A stretch of 34,366 bases of DNA from Planctomycetaceae bacterium. Its GTDB lineage: Bacteria; Planctomycetota; Planctomycetia; Pirellulales; Pirellulaceae. The first letter of the stretch is position 1, and the number at the start of each line of letters is the position of its first letter. The translations under genes and the position numbers were made by a program. The DNA lies in the NCBI GenBank assembly GCA_022614795.1, contig JAKEHX010000154.1:1-34366 (forward strand). Direction: 5' to 3'. A model generated the notes under the pieces. It did not search any database, had not been told where the DNA came from, and saw only the letters and a program-made list of their open reading frames with translations. Positions 15,429 to 22,636 of the stretch are shown here, piece by piece.

Positions 15429-16853
15429 TTAGTTCGCGGCCACTGCGGCACGAGTCACCTCGATCGGAGTAAAACGCTTAATCAGCTTGCCGTCGGCGGC
15501 GGAGAGCAGGCGCACGTCGCCGTCGAAGCCGCCTGCCACGACCGTGTTGCCGTCGGGGCTGAAATCGACCGTGTACATGCCCCCTTCGGGCACATCGACC
15601 TGCCACAGCACCGCGCCGTCGTCGGCTTTATACACGCGAATCTGGCCGACCCCGTCGCTGCTCGACCCGGCGGCGATCTTCGTGCCGTCGGCGCTGAACG
15701 CGACGCCGTAAACGCGCCCCGGCATTGCGCCGAACTCGCGAATCAGGTTCGCGTTGTCGCCGATCTGCCGGGCCTGGGTGCGGACCATCTTGAAAACCTT
15801 GGGCGCCCCGTCCGAGCCGCCGCAGAGCAGCTCGTCCTTCGTCGGATGCCGGTCGATCGAGATCAGGCCCCCCTTGAGCGCCCCGGGTGTGATGCTGGTG
15901 ATGTTGTCGATGAACCGCTGCGTGGCCACTTCGACGAGCTTCATCGACATGTCGCGGCTGACGCTGATGACGTGGTCGGAGTTGACGGAGAAGGTCGTGC
16001 CCAAGACCCAGTCGTTGTGGGCCCCGCTGAACAGCACTTGCTTGCCCGTTTCGACGTCGAACGCCCGCGTGGTGTTGTCGGGACAGCCGATGGCGACCAT
16101 TTTGCCGCTGGGCGACCAGCTCGCTCCGTAGCACGTGTCGTAGCCAATCATCAGCGACAGCTTCATCTCGCGCTTCTCGACGTCCCAGATTTGCAACTCG
16201 CCGAAGCGCCCGGGCGAACCGCCGGAGACCGCGAGGAGCTTGCCGTCGGGCGAGAAGCGGGCCGATTCGATCCGCTCCGACTGGCCGACGAGCCGGCCCG
16301 CCAGGCCGCTGCCGTCGGCTTTGTGCAGCAGCACTTCGTGGTAGCCGCTGACCGCGATCATGTCGCCTTTCGGCGAATACTCGACCGACTTGATCACCGG
16401 CGGGGCCATGTAGATCGGCGGATGCTCGGCGTCGTACTGCGGGCGGTTCGAGGCGGGCGTGTCGTCTTTGGCGCCTTGCTCGATCCACTTCGTGATTGTC
16501 GCGATTTCGACGGCGGCAAGCGGCTGCGCGTCCTTGGGCATGTCGGCCTTGCCATCGACCGGCGTGATCTGCTCGATCAGGTAGCTCTTCTTCGGATCGC
16601 CCGGCACGATGGCCGTCGAGCCGCTTTCTCCGCCCTTAAGCAGCGTCGCGAATTCCGTCATGACGTATTCGCCCCCCTTCTTGGCTGGCTGGTGGCAGCC
16701 GGTGCAGTTCTTGGCCCGCAGAATCGGAAGAACGTGGCGAAAATAGCTGACTTCGTCGGGCGGAGCGGCTGCCGGTTCGGCCGCACAGAGCGGCCAAGCG
16801 GCCACGAACGTCAAGGCAAGAGTGATGCAGGCCACGAGCCAAGGCTGTTTCAT
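15429..16853 (-). CDS. Planctomycete cytochrome-c (PSCyt1) domain + WD40 repeat protein
   Basis: FRHVLPILRAKNCTGCHQPAKKGGEYVMT (CxxCH) is followed by repeated WD40-like blades (SPDG..LAVSGG, SWSPSGKMVAIGC, DFSPDGNTVVAGGFDG). Start trimmed to ATG 16853 (MKQPWLVACITLALTFVAAWPLCAA), with GAGGT upstream. Confidence 0.9.
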   Translation of the reverse strand: MKQPWLVACITLALTFVAAWPLCAAEPAAAPPDEVSYFRHVLPILRAKNCTGCHQPAKKGGEYVMTEFATLLKGGESGSTAIVPGDPKKSYLIEQITPVDGKADMPKDAQPLAAVEIATITKWIEQGAKDDTPASNRPQYDAEHPPIYMAPPVIKSVEYSPKGDMIAVSGYHEVLLHKADGSGLAGRLVGQSERIESARFSPDGKLLAVSGGSPGRFGELQIWDVEKREMKLSLMIGYDTCYGASWSPSGKMVAIGCPDNTTRAFDVETGKQVLFSGAHNDWVLGTTFSVNSDHVISVSRDMSMKLVEVATQRFIDNITSITPGALKGGLISIDRHPTKDELLCGGSDGAPKVFKMVRTQARQIGDNANLIREFGAMPGRVYGVAFSADGTKIAAGSSSDGVGQIRVYKADDGAVLWQVDVPEGGMYTVDFSPDGNTVVAGGFDGDVRLLSAADGKLIKRFTPIEVTRAAVAAN

Positions 16854-16990
16854 GGCGACCTCAAACGGCAGGGTCCGCCGGGAGAGGCGGAGGCAGGGGC
16901 AAGGGCGGGGACGGCAGGTCGGAGCCACTGGCAGCGACGCCGTAACTCTAAAGGTAGCAAGGGACTGCGCGGAAAACAACCGGTTTCCAT

Positions 16991-17061
16991 GTACGACAAG
17001 CGTCTCGCTTGTCGCGCCCGTGAAAGTCCTGCCAGGCGGACAAGCGAGACGCTTGTCCTAC
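16991..17061. repeat. Twin-hairpin element (GACAAGCG stems, TCT / AGA loops)
   Basis: CGACAAGCG-TCT-CGCTTGTCG (16994-17014) and GGACAAGCG-AGA-CGCTTGTCC (17038-17058). The closing pair changes C:G to G:C between the arms. The right flank GTCCTACGGG matches the flank of the 9741-9816 element. Confidence 0.8.
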
Positions 17062-17074
17062 GGGCGCAAAGGAA

Positions 17075-17104
17075 GGGCCCGCTGGCAGCAATACCAGCGG
17101 GCCC
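17075..17104 (-). terminator. Probable intrinsic terminator of the 17149..17676 gene
   Basis: An 11-bp GC stem GGGCCCGCTGG / CCAGCGGGCCC with an 8-nt loop, 45 nt past the stop. It is followed on the minus strand by TTCCTTT. Confidence 0.5.
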
Positions 17105-17148
17105 TGGCGGTTTCCGCTAATAGAAGCGGCTTTTGGTAGATGTTGGCC

Positions 17149-17676
17149 TTAGGGCGTCGGAACATTCGGCAGTGGCGGCGGCAACGCTGAGTTCGTTCGT
17201 GGCGCCTCCGCCGGAGTTCGTGGTGCCTCAGTCGGAGTTGTCACGCCGCCGCGAGTAGTCCCTTCCACATTGCTGCGAATGGTCCCACCGCGGTTCAGAT
17301 CCACATTGGCATCGCCCGTCACCGTACCGCCGACGTTGGCGCCTGGAGTGCGGACATTGGCATCCGCCTCGATCCGGGTGGCGGGTGCAACCTGTCCGTC
17401 TACGCGCGTTTCTACGCGGCCGACAGTAGTGCGCTCTATGGGGATCCAGCGGCCGTTGGCATCAAATCTCCCGTACGTGTAAGTGTACCCGTCGCGAACC
17501 ATCACACGATTGCCATTGGCATCGATGTAGGTGTTCGCAGTAACGACGTTGTCACGGCCGAGCATCCTGCGAAACAGACGACGAATAGGCCCCTGGGCCT
17601 CAGCTTCACTCGTCATAAACGCTGAACCGGCAATGACCGCGACAAAAATCAATGCTCTCATCCACATCCGTTGCAT
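17149..17676 (-). CDS. Hypothetical secreted low-complexity protein (paralog A)
   Basis: ATG with GGAGG upstream. Signal peptide MQRMWMRALIFVAVIAGSAFMTSEAEA/QG. Thr/Gly/Asn/Val-rich core and a Pro-rich tail. Shares MQRM.(M/I)RALI, (F/Y)DA(N/S)GR.I and EGT.RGG with 17974..18501. Confidence 0.65.
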   Translation of the reverse strand: MQRMWMRALIFVAVIAGSAFMTSEAEAQGPIRRLFRRMLGRDNVVTANTYIDANGNRVMVRDGYTYTYGRFDANGRWIPIERTTVGRVETRVDGQVAPATRIEADANVRTPGANVGGTVTGDANVDLNRGGTIRSNVEGTTRGGVTTPTEAPRTPAEAPRTNSALPPPLPNVPTP

Positions 17677-17973
17677 AACTACCTCCTGCGGGCCGTCGCG
17701 GGCCCGCGTCCACGTGACAAACTGTCCCTCGCCCTCGAAACGCTATTGAGGGCGACCACTGCGCGAGATCGTCGCAATCAGCGTGCCAGGGAATGACGCC
17801 CAAAGAGTGCTATCAGTGTACAGATGATTAGATTTGTTGCAGAGCACGTAGCTGAAGGCGCCAACGTCAGAAGGGCGCAGTACGGAGAGGCCCACTGGCG
17901 GCCGTGCCAATGGGCCCCAAGCAGCTTCCCGCAAGAAGCGGCGATCCTGGAATGCCAGCCTCGAATTCTCGCC

Positions 17974-18501
17974 CTAGGTTTCCGGCGGCGGTGGCGGCGC
18001 GGCCGGAGTCGGAGCGCGGGGAGTCGGTGCGGCCGGAACCGTCGGGGCCGGCAGAGGCGAGTCCTGGCGCGGCGTAATCGTATTGCCGCGCAGGCTTGGC
18101 GCCGTATCAGCACCGCCCCGAATCGTCCCCTCGACAGCAGGCGCGGTTCGATCGGACGGCGAAATTTGTCCGTTCAACCGAGCGTCAACGCCAGGTGCCG
18201 GTGCGATCAGTCGGCCGCTTGCGTCGTATGTCGCGCCGCCAATGACGCCCGTCGCCGGGGTCTGGTAGCGGACGCCCGGCGCGACGCCCCTGTAGCCGCT
18301 TCTGTAGGTGCCGCCGTAAGTGCCACCGTAGGTGTAGGCGTACTTCCCTCCCGCGTACCCGTACGCGTACCCGTTGTAGTAGCCGCCAGAACTGCCGCAG
18401 CCGCCTCGACGACGGTGTCCTGCCTGGGTGTCGTCGACCACGACGACGGTAACTGCCGCGACCGCGGCGCAAATCAAAGCCCGAATCAACATTCGTTGCA
18501 T
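17974..18501 (-). CDS. Hypothetical secreted Gly/Tyr-rich protein (paralog B)
   Basis: Start trimmed to ATG 18501 (MQRMLIRALICAAVAAVTVVVVDDTQA), with GGAGG upstream. It has a GGYYNGYAYGYAGGKYAYTYGGTYGGTYRSGY segment and a Pro-rich C-terminus APTPRAPTPAAPPPPPET. Confidence 0.65.
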   Translation of the reverse strand: MQRMLIRALICAAVAAVTVVVVDDTQAGHRRRGGCGSSGGYYNGYAYGYAGGKYAYTYGGTYGGTYRSGYRGVAPGVRYQTPATGVIGGATYDASGRLIAPAPGVDARLNGQISPSDRTAPAVEGTIRGGADTAPSLRGNTITPRQDSPLPAPTVPAAPTPRAPTPAAPPPPPET

Positions 18502-19052
18502 GGTCAACCTCCTGCGAGCCTTGCAGCCCGCACCAGTGCACAAGATGCCTACCGCCCTCGAAGCAGTCCACGAAAGGACTGTTCATGGGCGAACGGGAAC
18601 CCAGACTTGGCAAACGACGTGCCAGGGGAGGCTGAGCGAAAAGTGACGGGGCGTGAATAAATGGTCACGCTCGCGCATCAACTACCAGGACACTGTGTGC
18701 CGTTCTGTTAGCGGACCACGCATCGACTGTGCATGTTTGCATAACTTGCATAAAGAAAATGTGCCAATTATTGACGCAACACTCTGCCAGTTATGGACTT
18801 GCGATCTGAATCGTGCGTTGGAAAAAGACTCGGCCAAATATGCATGGCCGGTTGCGCCTATGACGCGGCCACCTGAAAGAGTCGTTTTATTTGACAGTCG
18901 TTTGCCCCCTTCGTTAAACTCCCTTCGCGAGATGCTGTCAGTTGAATTCCATAGTGCCCTTCGTTTCCCAAGCAAGGGCGTGCGGTCGTGGAGCGCTAAG
19001 AGCGGCTTTAGGTCGAGCTCGAAAACCTACCGGCTATATGAGGATTCTGTAG

Positions 19053-21248
19053 ATGCCGTGGAACATTTTGACGCGGACAATTCTGCTGGCGACCGGACTG
19101 GTTGGCGTGCTGGCATGCCTTGTGACAGGCAGGCTCGTCGCACAGGACGCGGGGATCGACCCGAGCCGGTTGCCGGGCATCGTCGTTGACGATTCGCAGG
19201 CGGTGACTGAAGGGACGTGGACCAAGTCGCGCCATACGCGGCCATTCGTCGGCGATTCGTATATCTACAGCCAGGGCGGAGCCGGCCAGACGGTGAAGTT
19301 CCCCGTGGAAGTGAACGAAGCGGGCACTTATCAAGTGCTCGTGTCGTATTCGCCGGGCACCAATCGCACGACGAAGGCGGCGATCATTGTGCCGACCGAA
19401 GATGGCGACAAGACCGTCGTCCTCGATCAGCAGCCGCGGCCGGCTGGGCCCTATAGTTTTCAGCCGCTGGGCGAGTTTCCGCTCTCCTCGGGCAAGTTCG
19501 AGATTACGGTGTCCGGCGCGGGGAGCGAGAAGGGGGTCGTCATTGCCGACTCGGTGCTGCTCCTGTCGCCCGAGGGCTTCGCCCAGTTCAAGGCCGACTT
19601 TGAGAAGAACACGCCCAAGCTGGCGGCCAATTTGAAGGTCGATCCGAATAAGCCCGCCAACAAGCCCGCCAAGCCAGTCGCTAAGCCCGAAGACAAGAAG
19701 CCCGAGCCGCCGCAGGAGACGCCGCCGGCTTTTGTTCGCAAAGCGCCGGCCAAACCGGTGGCGAAGCTAACCGCGGACGAGCTCGATGCCCTGATGGAAA
19801 AGCACGTCGGCGGCATTGCCGATGTGTCGCTGGTCGCCGACGAAGATTACATCCGCCGCGTCACGCTCGACATCATCGGCCGCCAGCCAACGCTGTCCGA
19901 ATGCGACGCCTTTGCCGCCGATGACGCGATGGACAAACGAGCCCGGCTCGTTGAGCGGCTCTTGGCCTCGCCCGAATTTGGCACGAACTGGGGCAATTAC
20001 TACAGCGACGTGATCAGCTACCGCACGCCCGAGCCCGAGCTGACCTTCCTCAACTACACGCCGTTCAAAAAGTGGCTGGCCGACGAGTTTCGTGCCAATC
20101 GCGGCTGGGACGAGATCAGCTACCAGGTGATTACGGCGGTGGGCAAAGTGGGCGACAACCCGGCGGCCACGTATGTCGGCTTCCACCAGGGGGACCGCTC
20201 GCGGCTGGCGTCCGAGACGACCCGCGTTTTCCTCTCGACACAGATTCAATGTGCCGAGTGCCACGACCACAAGTTCGTCGAGATGCCGCAGGAGACGTTC
20301 CATCACGTCGCGGCCTTCTTCGTCCGCGTGCAGGCCAAGCTGCCCTGGAACGATTCGAGCCAGATCGTCGTCTCCAGCAAACCCGCCGGCGAGCACAAGA
20401 TGGACGGCCGCAAGGAAGAGATGAAGCCGATCGCCTTCTCCGAGCGGGAGGTCGATCTGGGCCGGAGCGACGTTTCCCGCCGCGTCGAGCTGGCCGACTG
20501 GATCGTCGGTCCCGACAATCCGTGGTTCGCCAAGGCCTTCGTCAATCGCGTCTGGGCCCGCACGATGGGCCGCGGCTTCTGCGAGCCGGTCGATGAAATC
20601 GGTGAGCTGGGTGACCGCGTGCTCCCCGAAGTACACACCGCCCTGGCCGAGCACTTCGTGGCGAGCCAGTTCGACGTGAAGGACCTGTTTCGCGTTGTCG
20701 CGACCAGCAGGGCGTACCAGCGGCAGCTGCGCGACCCGCAGGATGACACTGAGCGCAAGCCGTTTGCCGTGGTTGCCGCGGGCCGGCTGCGGGGGGACGA
20801 AGTGTTCGACTCGCTGGCCGCGGGGATCGCCCTGCCCAATGTGACGCCGCCGCCGACCCCTGCCACCGACGCGATCCGCTTCCCCCCGCCCCCCAAGAGC
20901 ACGCGCGACCTGGTGAACGAGGCCTTCGGTTTTGACCCGTCATCCGACCAGAGCAACGTGAACCGGACGATGCAGCAGGCGATGCTGCTAATGAACAACA
21001 AGCAGATCCAGGCGCAGATTGACGCCTCGCCCAGCTCCGGCACAATGCTTGCAAAAATCGTCGCCGCCGAATCCGACGACACGGCCGCTGTCACCAAGCT
21101 CTACCAACAAGTCCTGGCCCGCAAGCCGACGCCGAAGGAACTCGACATCGCCCGTGAGCACATGAAGTCGGTCGGCGACCGCAAAACCGGCTACGAAGAC
21201 CTGCTCTGGAGCATGGTGAACAGCGCGGAGTTTTTGTCGCGGAGATAA
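19053..21248 (+). CDS. DUF1549 + DUF1553 (PSD1) protein with an N-terminal carbohydrate-binding-like module
   Basis: Signal peptide MPWNILTRTILLATGLVGVLACLVTG. Lys/Pro linker KPANKPAKPVAKPEDKKPEPP. DEDYIRRVTLDIIGRQPTLSECDAF (DUF1549) and QIQCAECHDHKFVEMPQETFHHVAAFF (DUF1553). GAGGA lies 8 nt upstream of the ATG. Confidence 0.9.
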   Translation: MPWNILTRTILLATGLVGVLACLVTGRLVAQDAGIDPSRLPGIVVDDSQAVTEGTWTKSRHTRPFVGDSYIYSQGGAGQTVKFPVEVNEAGTYQVLVSYSPGTNRTTKAAIIVPTEDGDKTVVLDQQPRPAGPYSFQPLGEFPLSSGKFEITVSGAGSEKGVVIADSVLLLSPEGFAQFKADFEKNTPKLAANLKVDPNKPANKPAKPVAKPEDKKPEPPQETPPAFVRKAPAKPVAKLTADELDALMEKHVGGIADVSLVADEDYIRRVTLDIIGRQPTLSECDAFAADDAMDKRARLVERLLASPEFGTNWGNYYSDVISYRTPEPELTFLNYTPFKKWLADEFRANRGWDEISYQVITAVGKVGDNPAATYVGFHQGDRSRLASETTRVFLSTQIQCAECHDHKFVEMPQETFHHVAAFFVRVQAKLPWNDSSQIVVSSKPAGEHKMDGRKEEMKPIAFSEREVDLGRSDVSRRVELADWIVGPDNPWFAKAFVNRVWARTMGRGFCEPVDEIGELGDRVLPEVHTALAEHFVASQFDVKDLFRVVATSRAYQRQLRDPQDDTERKPFAVVAAGRLRGDEVFDSLAAGIALPNVTPPPTPATDAIRFPPPPKSTRDLVNEAFGFDPSSDQSNVNRTMQQAMLLMNNKQIQAQIDASPSSGTMLAKIVAAESDDTAAVTKLYQQVLARKPTPKELDIAREHMKSVGDRKTGYEDLLWSMVNSAEFLSRR

Positions 21249-21253
21249 GTGGT

Positions 21254-21272
21254 CCGCTCGCTCCGCGAGCGG
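21254..21272 (+). terminator. Small hairpin after the PSD1 gene
   Basis: CCGCTCG-CTCCG-CGAGCGG, 6 nt after the stop codon. No U-tract follows. Confidence 0.3.
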
Positions 21273-21290
21273 AAGCCCTAGGGTAGGAGT

Positions 21291-21908
21291 ATGAAATCGA
21301 CTGAATCAGCAAACGAGGCGAATCCTTGGCTGGCAATGGCAGGTTCGCTCAAGGACAGTCCGCTATTTGATGAATGGAAGGCAGCGGTCGAGGAGTATCG
21401 ACGGCAGTGCGACGTTCGTGATGGTGTTGAGCTTGATCGTCCCTATCCAAAGCCGGAGGGTCGAATGTTGGCAGCAATTTGCGAAGCTGATTTCCAACTA
21501 AATGAGATGTACACCCGCCACGAAATCAACGAGGTTCTCGGCGGGTCCGTTCGATCGTTTCTTCCAACTGTAAATGGCGAGGTTGTGTGCGGTTGCTTCG
21601 ACCCGAGCGACAAAATGAATCCTCATGCACCTGAGGAGATTCTGTTCGGAGAACCGTATCCAACGCCGGTGATCGACAAGGCCGCGACGACCGTCTTTGA
21701 AATGGGACAGCGCGGTGAAGACATTCCCGTCTTCCTTAAACGAGGCTCGAATCAATGGGAGTATATTGGTCGATATTTGTGCATCGGGCTAACTCGCGAT
21801 GCGAGAGTCGTTCGTCGAAAGAGCGAGGAAAGCCCGGATCGTCGGCCCTTTGTCGGAATCCTTCGATTTGAGCGAGTGGGATCTCACCTGTCACCGCTCC
21901 GCGGCTGA
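21291..21908 (+). CDS. Hypothetical protein: antitoxin-like N-terminal motif fused to an unknown ~140-aa domain (possibly PUA/SRA-like)
   Basis: AGGAG lies 5 nt upstream of the ATG. The N-terminus NPWLAMAGSLKDSPLFDEWKAAVEEYRRQCD resembles small stand-alone PIN-partner proteins. The C-terminal part is YTRHEINEVLGGSVRSFLPTVNGEVV...IPVFLKRGSNQWEYIGRY. GC content is visibly lower than the flanks. Confidence 0.7.
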   Translation: MKSTESANEANPWLAMAGSLKDSPLFDEWKAAVEEYRRQCDVRDGVELDRPYPKPEGRMLAAICEADFQLNEMYTRHEINEVLGGSVRSFLPTVNGEVVCGCFDPSDKMNPHAPEEILFGEPYPTPVIDKAATTVFEMGQRGEDIPVFLKRGSNQWEYIGRYLCIGLTRDARVVRRKSEESPDRRPFVGILRFERVGSHLSPLRG

Positions 21909-21935
21909 GGCATTGAAGCATAGCGAGCGGCAGAG

Positions 21936-22412
21936 ATGGCATCAGTTTACCTTGAAACGACAATCCCGAGCTACCTGACGGCGTGGCGCAGTCCCGACCT
22001 CGTCATGGCCGCCCGGCAGCAAATCACGCGAGAATGGTGGGACACAAGACGCGGCGATTTCGATTTGTTCATTTCACAACTGGTCATCGATGAAGCAAGC
22101 GCCGGCGACGCTTCGGCAGCGGCACGCCGGCTGGAGGTTCTCGAAGGGATCACGCTGTTGGAATTTGGAGACGATGCCAACGCCCTTTCCAAATTGCTAG
22201 TTCGCGAACTGTCCTTGCCATTGCGTGCTGAGTCCGACGCAGTCCACATCGCGATGGCAGTGGTGAATGGCATCGATTATTTGCTAACCTGGAATTGCAC
22301 GCACATTGCCAATGCGGCGCTGCGGCCGAGAATTGAACAGGCCTGCCGTGCGTTCGAATACCGAATGCCCGTGATTTGCACTCCCGAAGAACTGAAGGCG
22401 GTACTCCCATGA
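21936..22412 (+). CDS. PIN-domain protein (VapC-family type II toxin)
   Basis: VYLETTIPSYLTAWRSPDLVMAARQQITREWW...ISQLVIDEASAGD...ESDAVHIAMAVVNGIDYLLTWNCTHIAN matches a PIN subfamily common in cyanobacteria and planctomycetes. Confidence 0.85.
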   Translation: MASVYLETTIPSYLTAWRSPDLVMAARQQITREWWDTRRGDFDLFISQLVIDEASAGDASAAARRLEVLEGITLLEFGDDANALSKLLVRELSLPLRAESDAVHIAMAVVNGIDYLLTWNCTHIANAALRPRIEQACRAFEYRMPVICTPEELKAVLP

Positions 22413-22618
22413 AACTTGATCCCGTCCTTGCTGAAATCCGCGCGACGCGCGAAGCGTTTTCCGAGCGCTTTCACGGCGATATCGACGCGATGCTTGCCGA
22501 CTTGCGCAAGCGCCAGGCAGAGGGGGGCCGGAAGTCGGTTCGTTTGTCTCCGAAGCGATTGACCCCGGAAGAGCTTGCACGGCCAATTTACCGTGTGCCC
22601 GTCGCGACCCGATCATAA
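22409..22618 (+). CDS. Small PIN-associated protein (putative antitoxin/partner)
   Basis: The ATG overlaps the PIN stop codon (ATGA at 22409-22412). MKLDPVLAEIRATREAFSERFHGDIDAMLADLRKRQ resembles small helical proteins found next to this PIN subfamily. Confidence 0.65.
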   Translation: MKLDPVLAEIRATREAFSERFHGDIDAMLADLRKRQAEGGRKSVRLSPKRLTPEELARPIYRVPVATRS

Positions 22619-22636
22619 TACTATGGAACGAAAGTT

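Noticed and set aside
13815-17120. Long plus-strand ORFs 13815..15119 (434 aa) and 15366..17120 (584 aa)
   Set aside because: They are antisense to the PSD1 and WD40/PSCyt1 genes, which carry clear family motifs. The products are Arg/Ala/Gly/Asp/His-rich shadows.
18653-19189. ORFs in the AT-rich spacer (18653..19189 + and 18682..18975 -)
   Set aside because: They have no SD and odd Cys/Ser/Arg-rich composition. The plus ORF runs into the well-supported PSD1 gene in another frame. The region was treated as regulatory DNA.
19767-21097. Minus-strand ORFs 19767..20654 (295 aa), 20303..21097 (264 aa) and 20542..21054 (170 aa)
   Set aside because: They are antisense shadows of the DUF1549/DUF1553 gene.
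21249-22636. Mobile-element hallmarks around the TA cassette
   Set aside because: I looked for an integrase, a transposase, a tRNA target, terminal inverted repeats or target-site duplications and saw none. It is reported as a compositionally distinct insertion, not as a defined mobile element.
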